From Dicyema japonicum (taxonomy: Eukaryota > Animalia > Dicyemida), in assembly GCA_011109175.1 (NCBI GenBank), contig RDEW01000012.1, positions 970,552 to 1,034,551 on the forward strand: a stretch of 64,000 nt of DNA, read 5' to 3'. Within the stretch, counting starts at the first letter, position 1. Each line of letters opens with the position of its first letter. The position numbers and the translations under genes were made by a program. A model generated the notes under the pieces. It saw nothing but the letters and a program-made list of their open reading frames with translations, was not told the origin of the DNA and did not search any database. Positions 12,027 to 23,249 of this stretch are shown here, in pieces.

Positions 12027-13729
12027 TCAACTATCAGTCTTCAACCATTCTAAATCAAAATGTTTTTTTAAATCCTTAATAATCCATAAATTAGTGAGGG
12101 AGATGATAAGAAAAAAACAAACACCAGTAAGATATTCTGCCAACAGAAACATAATCAATAAAAAACAAATATACAAAAATAAACATAATTCAAAGACAGG
12201 ACTGGGCATACTCAATGAGTGACGTAACAGGGTTATGCATAGACATAATACTGGTAACAAGCAAATGCCTGTCCATCGACAAAAAACCGGCTGGTAGAAC
12301 TTGGTCCCCTTATGAAGAAAAGTCAGATAATTGAGTTCCACCAAATGTTCGAAAACCCACAAAAATATACAATCATACCTTAAAGGTCACCTCCTTATCA
12401 CAACGAGGAAACGAAGGTCGGTCAAAACAGACAATTTTTAACTCTACAATCACCAATCCACAAAACCGTTATAAATCACTTCAAAGTTGATATTTTCCCC
12501 CTCAAATTTCTTGATCAAATTAGCGACAACTAAAAGGAGCACCAACTCAAGTATCGGCAAATCTAAGCAATACAAGACACCACAATAACCTAAAAGATCT
12601 TTAATTTTATAATCAGTTGAAATCAAACTCCATGCGAAATTAAATCATCAACACAAAAATAATCATCACTTTTAGAAAGACTCACAACCAAGTACTAAAT
12701 TTTAATTAATTTATTACAAAATATATTTAACAAAAAATTAATAATATATTTAAAATAACCAAAAATTCTTGACGGCTCTAAGTGACTTTGAATAATGATA
12801 CTGAGCCAGCAGAATACTCTTAATATAAGAATTCCACTTTTTAGCAGAAATTAAAATATTTTTGGGAATCTAAAAAATAAGAAATGTATGTAAATAATAA
12901 TTTAAAAATACCATCGATGTGGAAGAAAGAATTGACCCGTGAAAGTCAGTAAACTCTTCCAGTGAAAAAGTATTGATTAGCTGAAGAATTCTCCCAGAAA
13001 ATCTCGAGCGAACTCGTTTTTCCAGTAATTCAACAATGTCCTTGGTAATATTAAACTTCATCAAACCAGTCTTCTTGTCGTGCCCACAACCAATGTCGGT
13101 ACCTCACTAATATGACACGCAGAAAAGAGAGAATATAACAGATTTTGTTTCTGTTTGGTTGCCAGTAAATCAATGTCTTCAACCAAAAACATGATAATTT
13201 TTTTCTCTAAAAGATCAAATAATTAATTAAATTATTAACTAACTTTAAGTAAAAATTAATTTTAATAATTCAATAAAATAATTTTAAAAAACCTTGCTGT
13301 GATAGAATGTTAGTTACTGTGGATATGTTGTCAGCAAATCCACTCTTAAACTAAAAAAACTCGTTTCACCCGGTTGGTCATTTCGCCACAGATTTTGTTT
13401 AGCTGGCTGGCCGTGTCGGCAAAAGCTGACTTTTCGTCACTGTATAAATAGCCTTAGTCAGTAAAAATACATACAATTCAATTTGACCACATCGACGACA
13501 TTTTCCACGGAAAAATCATTTTCCAATTTTTTAAGCAGCTTGAATATTTCATAAATTACCGTAGTTTTCCCACTGCCTCTGAACCGACTATTATAACAGA
13601 GTCACTAGTCTTGTTATTCACCAAATTGTTAGAAATGACATTAAGTTCCCTATTTTATAATTAAAATAACTTGTATATATTTTCCTGCCAGTTTATCTTT
13701 ATTAGCGTATCATCCTGACAACCCTTCAT
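12027..13729 (-). CDS. ORC4: Origin recognition complex subunit 4, multi-exon
   Basis: Spliced by hand from ATG 13729: SDSVIIVG.RGSGKT (Walker A, needs a 1-nt indel), FLVEDIDLL..KQNLLYSLF, RLDIVELLEKRVRSRFSGR, DLPILEL..INFEVIYNE, KVFEHL. Introns at 13650-13670, 13539-13559, 13453-13474, 13351-13369, 13207-13292, 13041-13066, 12870-12911, 12695-12759, 12563-12589, 12444-12466 and 12357-12378. True stop codon is uncertain (12027-12180). Confidence 0.92.
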
Positions 13730-14019
13730 CACTGTTTATTGCGGCACTTGATATTATTTTTCTTTTATTTTAAAAAATAATATTTATTTTATATTTAAAT
13801 TAAAATTTAAGTTTTAACTAAGAATGAAAGCTTTGAAAATTATTGTTGATTAATTAAACGTTAATTCTCCTAATTTTGTTTCCGATATATCCGGGGTTAT
13901 TAAATAAATAATTAATAAATGAAGAGTTGGTCTGACTTTTGAAAGGACCCCTCTTGATACATACAGACTGAGGAACTGGACAAATATTATGTACAAGAAT
14001 ACTAATTCGACTTTTATGG

Positions 14020-14850
14020 AAACGGACGACATGCACCGTCAGACGTGCATTTCGTCAACCTCTATTTCCTACAGCGGTGCTTGGCTGAACGCGTTCCCAT
14101 CATAATCAATTGGTCTCCTTTTGTAAGGACACCCTCCAAACCGGGATATCTATCCTTCTCGAGATCGACCTGTGCCAGCCTCATCTATGCCGTTGTGGAT
14201 CTGGTGTGGAATGCACAGGACTTTACCACTCTCTTGCCACCTCACCAGTTGCCGTTCCAATGTCATGTCGCCATCAAATGGGTTGTGAAGCGCTCTCTTG
14301 AGGCGGCTGGATTCCCGTCATCTCTGGAACCGGTGGGACTGGATCGTGCAGATGGAACGCGCCCAGAAAGGGTAACTGTCATTTTTTCTCTCTCGAATGA
14401 AATGCTTGATTTGAAATGGAGCTTGTACAGACATTTTACCCTGTCGAGACTTGCTGGTTCCATGTTGAATGCTGGGGAGGCTGCTCGGAATTTCGAAAAT
14501 TTAAAGATAAAAAATTAATTCAGCGTCTCCATTAAATTCCATGTACAGCCTGTTGTCGTCAGACGAGTCTTCGGGCCCATGACGGTCTCTTTTCTGAGAT
14601 CGCTTGGGTCGATGATATCGAAATTGAGTAATAAGCGTCAGAAAACAGAATGGTTTCTCCAAGGATTTCTCTGTCTGTTGTTCAAAGGATTCTAACAAGT
14701 AATTTCTGTAACCAAATCCTCCTCGATAGTTTATACTCCACCAACATGCTAAACATAATCGTCACTTATCCTGCTAACCAGAATCAGATCGCTCATCGTG
14801 AAAAAAGGAGAAAAAGGAGTAGGCTCATTGAGTGCAAATAAAAGTTATAA
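14020..14850 (+). mobile_element. CRE-clade fragment (zinc knuckle plus REL endonuclease)
   Basis: GAWLNA, CQPHLCRCG and RSLEAAGFPSSLEPVGLDRADGTRP motifs. Confidence 0.85.
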
Positions 14851-15744
14851 ATCGAGTCAAAATATGTTGTGTCAAAATTGTCAAAAATTATTTTTTTGAT
14901 TTTTATTTCATTCAAATATTAAATATTCTGAGGAATTTTCTATCAACTCGAAAGGGATGTGCAGTCTATGTGGTATACTTGTGAGTTCAAAAAATCAGTT
15001 TTCATCGAATCGTTCATCTGAAAATATCTCAAACTAACTGGTTTTTCAGACGCCAATATCTGAGTTTCCTCAGTCCATCTAAGACTCCTTTATTGATAAG
15101 GTCACTTTCAATCTGATATTCTTTCGCATAATTGAAAAGCTTACAAGGCTTGTTTGAGTGCATTGGACATCATCTTACGTCCACTTAGTGTAGAAAATGT
15201 ACATCAAAGACAACGTGACGAAATATGTTATTCTGAGTTTCATATGCACTATAGAACTCTAAAGTTTTTGTTCTGATAGTCGAAATCGATAGTCGGGCAG
15301 AAATATGTGAATACACTTATAGGAATAGTTTCTGACCACAAGAAAATATTTTTAATATCGTGTGGTATGCACAAGTGCTGAAACGATTTTTACATCATAT
15401 AACTTGCGTTGCACAGCTTAAAGATGTTGATCTAACTTTTCTGCAAAAACCACAATCAAAAACATATTACAAGTCAACTAAATGGGGAATTGGCTGAGGC
15501 TGATATTAAAGTGAAAAAAATAATTGAGACATAATCCGAATATGTTTAGCGGGAATCCAAATGAACTACCAATTTCTCGTCGATATTGAGTAAATATTAG
15601 TCTATGAATTAGTAAAAAAGGCGGAATAAGTCAATCTCATCATTAGGTCGACTTTTTATTTTGACTTTATAAATCGGAAATTTGGACATAAAATTGACTT
15701 TATTTTTTTGATTTAAAAATTTATTAACAATAAAATATTATTTA

Positions 15745-17410
15745 TTAACTATGGGGGAGAGCGGCTGCTGACATCACGGAGTAAGTGTTTCCGCAAACAA
15801 CTGCCGGCACGGCATGTGACAGAACGTCGTGTACTTTTCTCCACGGCCCTCCAATTGTGGCGTCATCGAGATACCAGAGGTTTAGTTGTTTGTTTATAGA
15901 GCGGACAATTTCATCGATGGCCAGAGCGAAGAGTAGTGAACCAAGTGGGTCTCTCTTGTTGAACTCCGGTCTCCGAACAGATAATCTTGTCCCCGAAAAC
16001 CAGTGAAGAATTGGTTCCGTAAGCGAGGTAGACAAGTGGAATAAGTTCCGGGGCTCGTTTGCTTGTAGTTTCGAAAATTTGATCCCTCCTCAATGAATTG
16101 AAGGCATTGCAGATGTCCAGCTTGACCCCAATGTGTGGGTTTTGTTCGTCTTTCTGTCCAAACAAACACCTCGCAGCATGCACTGCCGCCTCGCATCCGT
16201 TTCTTACACCAACCCTCAGTTGGAGGGGGAAAATTCTTCAGATATTATCGGACAGACAATGCTGCATGCGATTTTCGCTGTCAGTCTTCTGAAATAGTTG
16301 CCGACCGCGATGGGGCGGACTCCACCTTCGGGTTTTTTAAAGGCCAGTAGATGTGCACTGAAAAGAGCTTCCTTGCGTTGGAAAGAATATCTCCGTTCAA
16401 AATACGCATAACCAGTTTTGTAATTGATTTGACAAGGTTGCAGGCAGCTTCTGCAGTAGCCTCAGTCGAAAGATCCTTGATGTGACCCGGCCGCAAGCCA
16501 TTGATACCTCCACTGCTACTTGCCACAAACGACGAAATGCCGCGTCGCACTTCGCTTTCGGTAACGGTCATCTTTGACAAATCTGCCGGAAGCACGAATG
16601 GGCACTAATCTGCCGGAGGACATGGATGTTTTCGTCTGATTAGATCCTGCACCTCAGGCGTCGCAGCCATAACAGCTTCGTCACTGGCGACGACGGGCAA
16701 CGCCGCTCGGACGTCGCCTTCAAATAGTTTGCGGTTTACCCTCTCTCCAAGTATTTCCGGGCCATTCAAATAAACCGGAGGATTGGAATCAGAATGTCTT
16801 GATTTCTTGACTTCCGTCTTGGTGAGAGAATACACATAGAAAACCTGAATGTTCTTCTTCATTTTTGAAGGAAAGGGAGTTCCAAGTGTCGTGCTTTTCT
16901 CTGTATTCCGTTGATCTCCTTTTGAGTCAATGAATGGAATTCCAAGGGCCATCGGAGCAAAACTGAGGAGTTTTAGCCAGGCCTCCAGGTCGTCGGACGT
17001 GAGAGCATCGTCAATTGCAGAGGCCAGGCATGTAGCCGCGGGGATCCGGACGGGTCTTGGGATCCTGATTGGGATCTTCCTGCTTTCCTTAGATCCGACA
17101 AGAGAAGAGCAAGAGGCTCGTTTGGTTCAACGTGCTCGTTTGGAATGATCCTCTGGGTTTTCCAACCAGTGCCCATTCAGACACTGCAGTTCCACAGGCA
17201 GAGCGAGCACGCAGCATGCTGAGGCATCTTTATGCATCCAAGGTGGAAAAAGTCACGGCAAGACGAGCAGAAAAGTACATATTTGCGTGCATTGACAAAA
17301 CCGCATGTAGAGCATGTAGTGTCCAGTCTCTTAGGTGTAATGTGTGTTGCTGCATTGTATGAACGACGCTCCATGATGATACAATTACTCACAACAAGAC
17401 CACACGTTGA
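15745..17410 (-). mobile_element. CRE-clade retrotransposon with N-terminal PHD finger, RT, internal deletion and intact 3' tip
   Basis: CSTC..CSSCRDFFHLGC..WNCSV*; GGINGLRPGH; GGVRPIAVG; KLDICNAFN; GVQQ.DPLG; WYLDD. These are fused directly to the terminal GNTYSVMSAA*. Confidence 0.88.
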
Positions 17411-17424
17411 TTTATTTTATTTAT

Positions 17425-17787
17425 TTTTTTTAACATCCAAGACCACGGTAAAACCAAAACTAACTATCATGTGATCCCTGATGCGCTCCGCCAAAATCCT
17501 CATTTTTCCCGGTGCTCCTCCCTCGTACCCACACAAGCTCGTACAGGGCGGCTGACTGTATTTGCAGGGCCACCTTCCCGCATGCCGGAGTTTTGTTTAA
17601 TAAGGGCCTCCAGAGTAGTCGGTCCGGTTCTATGTCTCCCACAAGACCACCGCTCCGTCATTCTGAAAGCCTTCTTTTGAACGTCCTCAATCTTCTTAGT
17701 GTTCGTCCATGATAATGAAAGTCCCCACGAAGCACACGCGTACGAGAAGCATGGATCGATGTATTGCTTGTAAATGTTCATCAAGAC
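17425..17787 (-). mobile_element. LINE 3' fragment (CVG..EH..GIT* group)
   Basis: YKQYIDPCFSYACASW..RPVRACVGTREEHREK; near-identical to 58745-59098. Confidence 0.85.
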
Positions 17788-18719
17788 TAAATCAAATTAA
17801 ATAAATTTTTTTGACTTTGATAAATTTATTTACAAAACTAATCAAAATCTTTATTAAAATATAGAATAATGTAATTAAAAACGTTTTCGAGTTTAAAATT
17901 TCGGTCTTTAGATAGTAATTTTTCCAATAAATAAAAACATCTCTCAACAAATAATGACGAAGAAGGACACCTTTTCAGATAGTTGTATACATATGGAGAA
18001 ATATGTTGTTTTTCCACTTTTGTGATAAAAACCACTCGATTGATAAATAATCTTGATTTCAGTACTTTTTGATTCCACATAATCGTTCCAGAAATGCAAT
18101 TTCTGAATGCATTAACATCGTCTTCTCAATTATTCGCAAAATCCCTTAGAACATCGGTAATTATTTGACAAATAAACGAAGAGTTTGCTGCAGAAGATAA
18201 TGGGCGACATGTAAAATATTTTCTTGGGATCAGAAATTCTTCCAATAAGTGTATTGACATATTTGTCCCCTGATATCAGTTTCGTCAATCAAAACAAAAA
18301 TTTTATTCATATCTATAATAAATGGAATTAAGACCTCAAAAATAGCTTAATTCTGTCAAGTTACTTCTGGCATAAATTTTCTACACTTTATCGGCAAGCG
18401 TAAGTAGAAGAAAGATGATGTCCAATACCCTCAAATAAGTCTCGTAAGCTTTTACTGTTCAACATATGCAAAGGAATATCGGTTTAGACAAAAGCCTTAG
18501 TGACTTTATCGACCCATTCGTGGGCAGATGGGACGAGAAAATCATTTAGTTTTATGATATTGGCGCATGTAAAAAGTAATAAAAATAATAACTTGTTAAT
18601 TTGATATCCTTATTATTGATTTTTGATTACAAACTACATTTTTATAAGTTTTAAACAATTTTAAAAACATATCAATGTTTGAATTCCACATAGACAAATA
18701 GCAGTGACTATACTGTGAG

Positions 18720-19130
18720 TATGACTGGGTCGTCCAACGTCGGGATCACAAAGCCACACGATTCAGACAACAGTGACCATCCTGATTTGTCTTATGACAA
18801 TCATAACTGGTATTCTTCGAAATAAGATCACCAACAAAAATGCAATAAAGATTCTTGGTTTAGAACTCAGAAATCTCCGTAGAACATGTCTCCAGATTAT
18901 TCGAGTATAGACCTCCAACACTAATACAAAATCCCCCACAACAGACATCGACGCATACAAATTCACAGGATATATCGAAACGATATTCGCATTACGAATT
19001 ATGAGACAGTCCCGGTAGAAGATAGACGTCTCCACACCACCTACTGCTCAATAGAATATCAACTGCCTCAGTATTTGACCGTAGACTTTCTCTAGGTTTG
19101 TCTCGCTGACCACAAAGATATTGACTTTGA
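18720..19130 (+). pseudogene. Degenerate cadherin-like repeat relic
   Basis: KPHDSDNSDHPDLSY (AxDxD..LxY-like), DIDAYKFTGYIET and TNYET (LDYE-like), in shifting frames. Confidence 0.4.
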
Positions 19131-19812
19131 AAGCTGCTGTAAGTAGTGCTAGTTTACTATGCCTTTTCCTTAAGGAGAGGGCATAATAAGGAGAGGGAAC
19201 CATAACTTGAACCAAAAGTCCCTGTTGTCCAGCAATATTAAGTTAGGTCATGCTTCTCTGTACAAAAGAGACATCTCTTTTTTTAGAGGGAGGATCTATG
19301 TTCATAGAATTGGCATTAAAAAATCTCAGGTAAGGTCTATTTGCCCATGCGCTCAAGATTGTTTTCGCCCAATGTAGAAACTAATAACTAGGGCAACCAG
19401 AAAAAAGCAATTTTTGAAAAAGTCGCAAAAATTTGTAAAAAATAGCATTTTTTATTTTCATATCAAGGATCTGTTTAAAATAAATTTTTTGCATGTCCAC
19501 AAATGGTTCCTCTGTTCTACTTTAAAATATCGCTGTCGATTGAAGTTTCTGACTTTCCCTGTTGGACGTAACACTTATTTGAGAGTGTGATAGTAGATGA
19601 CATCCCAGACAAATGGTTTTCCATTCTATCAAGCTTTTTCCATTTTTACGGCACAAACCGAAGACAGGTCTAAGAGTTGAGAAAACCGAGCAGCATCAAT
19701 TGTCATAACAACGTCTTTTGGGAAGCATTCTTTCAGAAAAAATTAAAATGCAAAAATGAAAATTTAACGACGATTTCATATAAAATGTCCAATTTTCAAT
19801 TGTGAATAAAAA

Positions 19813-21047
19813 ATGATTAGGGTGGGACAAATTTGGTTCAATTTAACAATCTCATTGAAAAGGATTTTATTAATAACTTTTATTTTGATATTTTTGATGC
19901 AAAACTGACTAAGAAGAATGTGTCTATATTATCACTCCGTGTCAATTACTACTGAATGGAGATCAAGAAGTGATTTCAAAGTTAAAGAATGAAACAGACA
20001 AATCACGTTTGAGTAATATTGTGGTCACGAACTGCATTGAACACGCAAAATCAAGTGGATATTTTTCATATCCAATCTCTCAAGACGAGAGAGCTAATCC
20101 ACTGGCCTACCTTTTGATTGTTTTCAGGAACTCGAAGCAGGTAGAACAACTACTCAGAACGATTTACCGAACAAATAATCATTATTGCATCCACGTGGAC
20201 AAAAAATCCGATGCAGAATTTCTACAAAGTATTAAAAGTTTCACGAGTTGTCTCCCAAATGTGATTGTAATTAATACATATGACGTCGAATGGGGGACAA
20301 TGACTACATTGCTCGCAGAAATAAAATGCATGGAATTACTCTACGAAAGTTCGAGTGATTGGAAATACATAATAAATCTAACAGGGGAAGAATTCCCATT
20401 GAAATCAAATAATGAAATTGTTAGAATAACGAAAGCACTCAATGGGTCTAATTGGATGGAGAAGCCTGTAATATTACCGTTTGATTTGGGATCATTGCAG
20501 GTTAGACAGATATGAAAATAAGGCCAATAAGTTCGAACACGGAGTTACACTATACAAGGCAGGTTTACACGGTGTCTTCTGTCGGGGATTCGTCCACTTT
20601 ATATTGAAAAATGAAACTTCCTCTGAATTACTTAAATGGTTGGAAGACACATATATTCCTGATGAAACATTTTATTCAACATTAAACTATAATTCCAAAA
20701 TTTTGAAGGTCCCAGGATCATTATCAGGTAATATATTAAAATATTTAGCCCACATCGATCCTTTAAAGCTTGAACCACAAATAGAAAATCGTTACAAACA
20801 ATGGTATGAAGGCTGCTATGGCTTCTTTGTTCGAAGTGTATGTATTTTGGGAGCACAGGATTTACAATATGCTGTTAATAGTAAAGCTATTATCGTCAAC
20901 AAATTTTATGCAGAATATAATCCGTCTACTCTACAATGCCTTGAAAATTGGATTCGAATGAAGTCAATGAATATTATTGATGAGTTTGGAGACGACTACT
21001 TGGACGTTTATAGAAATCAAATTTTCGTAAAAATCATGTATGACTAA
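19813..21047 (+). CDS. Core-2/I-branching beta-1,6-N-acetylglucosaminyltransferase (GT14, GCNT-like)
   Basis: PLAYLLIV, EQLLRTIYRTNNHYCIHVDKKS, WKYIINLTGEEFPLKSNNEIV, PDETFYSTL, CILG..DL and NKF motifs. Introns at 20479-20500 (22 nt, joins the two ORFs) and probably 20728-20748 (21 nt). A type II TM segment from ATG 19813 joins only if two homopolymer indels are assumed. Confidence 0.9.
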
Positions 21048-21454
21048 CAATTTAAATTAGCCTAATTTCACTTCAATATTGTTATGGTAAATCATATTAT
21101 TTTTCTGTTACATATTAACCATTACTGTAAGCATGAGATTGTTACTTGTCCTTATTCTCGCCATGCCTCTTTTATCAATCTTTTGCTCCAATGTTTTTGT
21201 AGGCAATTAAAAAGTAACAAAGACAAGTTCCAATTGATCAGTAAATCATTGGTTTTTTATTTGTCAGAACTTTCTCTAATCCCTAATAGCTTATGAAACA
21301 GGTTGGATGATAATTTAATTAATTCAGCATTGTTAATGTTGTTTTTGAATCTAACAGTAGCTTATATATTAAATCTAATTGATGGTAAACAGTAACATCG
21401 ATATAAATTGTATTATTGTAACGACACTTTATTAATAACTGGTATAGCTCATGC

Positions 21455-21695
21455 AGAGGAGCCTGTCGCGAGCTTCGATTATTTCACAAACGAAGCCGAG
21501 TCTCTTCTGGGACTTCCACAACCAGGACTTGTTTGGCATGTGTTCTCAATTCAGTTAACCGACTGCTATGCTGTTCTGCTGATTCTTCAGCCTGCATTTG
21601 TTGTGCAAGTATCCTCAATACGGTTAACTGACTGCTATGATGTTCTGCTGATTCTTCAGCCCGCATTTGTTGGATGTGAAGATTGACTCATTTTT
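21455..21695 (-). repeat. 69-bp coding tandem repeat, STPR-like 23-aa unit (Helitron N-terminal type)
   Basis: QQMRAEESAEHHSSQLTVLRILA / QQMQAEESAEQHSSRLTELRTHA / KQVLVVEVPEETRLRL. Confidence 0.6.
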
Positions 21696-21844
21696 CGGAA
21701 ATTTTAGTATGTAGATCAAACTATAAGCTGAACACCTATTTATACATATATTCTGACCTTTGGAAAATATTCTTCTCATAAAAGAGTTAACTTAAACCAA
21801 TCTTTATTCCCTCTCTAGTCACACAAATCAGTCATCCACATCCA

Positions 21845-23200
21845 ATGTAGTTTCCTCATAATAATGTCAGCTCTACAAGTTTGTTTCAAGATAATGATAA
21901 CTTCATCCTCAGGGACCTTCCTGACTATGTTCGATGATCACAAGTTTTTTAATCATGAATGACTGGGTGTATATCCTCATTGTCTTTTATGAATAATTTA
22001 TAATTCTCGAAACAATTTGAAATATTCCCGCCCAAAATAATCGGAATATTTTGGATTAGATGAAACAATTTTATATTTCAAATTTGAATAAGATATCTCA
22101 TTTTTACTTGTTGATTATGAAAGTGGAATAATAACACTACACAGCTAACAAAACCCTACAGAAGATTTTTGAGCCAGTGACAGGACCACCATCCTTGGTC
22201 TTCCACGAAAGCGATTTACATGGAAGAAGTAATATTTGGATGGGATGTCGGGTCTAACCTCAGGAAAATCTCATTGGTCATAAGGTTGTAATATCTCATT
22301 GGATTTATTGATTTGTTATTCATTTTAACGACATATATTAAATAACTCTTATCATACCTTTCATTAACATCATTTCAATATCCCCTTTAAAGAAATAGAA
22401 CTGATATTTTCAAAATCTGCATAACTCTATTTGATTAAATACAGGAGTTTTGCAATTTTTCCAAATTAGATTTTAGCCATGATATTTGTTAATTTCAGAT
22501 TTCATGAAACAAATTTTCATTTATGTTTTTCTCCAGAGGCATTGGTGTGAAAAATCGAATGATGTTCAATCGTGCAATGGAGTTTTCTCATTTTCCACCG
22601 CCTCTATGATAAACAAAATAATTGTGTAACTTGTCTATGATTCATCATTATCATCAAATTATTTGAAAAATGTACGATCTTTTATTCTTCAGTAAATTCC
22701 TTGGAAAACTAAAAAAGGTCGAATCGAAATTACAGAAAACCTTTATCTTGGAACGGTCTTTCATTCTTCAGTTAATTCCTTGGAAAACTAAAATAGGTCG
22801 AATCGAAGTTACAGAAAACATGAATCTTGAAGCGGTCTTTTATTCTTCAGTTAATTCCTTGGGAAAACTAAAATAGGTCGAATCGTAGTTACAGAATACA
22901 TTAATCTTGAAACGGTTTATTATTTTTCAGTTAATTTTTTGAGATAACCAAAATAAATCTAAACAAAGTTACAGAAAACATGCTTCTTATAGCTGTCTAT
23001 TATTCATAAGCAATCGCCAATACGTTGGGATCGTTCGCAGGAATCATATGTATTCAGTCTGCATATTCGATTATCTCAGAAATTAATTATTATTTCCTTT
23101 AATAATGAAAAACGACATATTTCTCAGAACATGAGAGATTGCTTTCTGTATCGCGGTGAGATTTTCACAACTTCATTCTTAAGTAATCCCGATAATTTCT
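21845..23200 (+). pseudogene. Degenerate multi-repeat cadherin-like relic
   Basis: GLDETILY..VDYESGIITL, WDVGSN, NTGVL..LDF, IEITENLYLGTVF, AYSIIS and GEIFTTSFL peptides. The first about 450 bp recur inverted at 48075-48595. Confidence 0.5.
22680..23010 (+). repeat. About 79-bp tandem repeat, 4 copies
   Basis: GTCGAATCG at 22718, 22797 and 22877, plus a degenerate fourth copy. Confidence 0.9.
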
Positions 23201-23249
23201 CAAATGGAATAATCCTTTAATATATTATTATTTTATAATTTATTAAAGT

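Larger units (their letters stand above)
15644..18680 (-). mobile_element. Degraded hAT transposon with two nested retroelements
   Basis: Right end TAGGTCGACTTTT at 15644. hAT dimerisation-domain ORF 17838-18080 (CPSSSLFVERCF..LL..DRNFKLEN), VLIDETD at about 18280, left subterminal motif at about 18620-18672. Confidence 0.7.

Noticed and set aside
13370-13455. Initial resemblance of AFADTASQL to Mediator MED14
   Set aside because: Flanking exons give clear ORC4 motifs in the correct order.
2129-17410. CRE site-specific targeting of hAT right ends
   Set aside because: The two insertions are at different positions and most CRE copies lie elsewhere.
17460-17642. GDIEPD as a 2A peptide
   Set aside because: Lacks NPGP and lies in a non-coding frame of a LINE 3' fragment.
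19813-19970. Alternative genetic code (TGA read-through) or programmed frameshift in the GCNT 5' region
   Set aside because: Reading TGA as sense does not reach the catalytic frame. Long host ORFs have no internal TGA. The shift sites share no motif, and homopolymer indels explain them.
22680-23010. 79-bp repeat as CRISPR-like
   Set aside because: Whole units are repeated with no unique spacers, and the context is eukaryotic.
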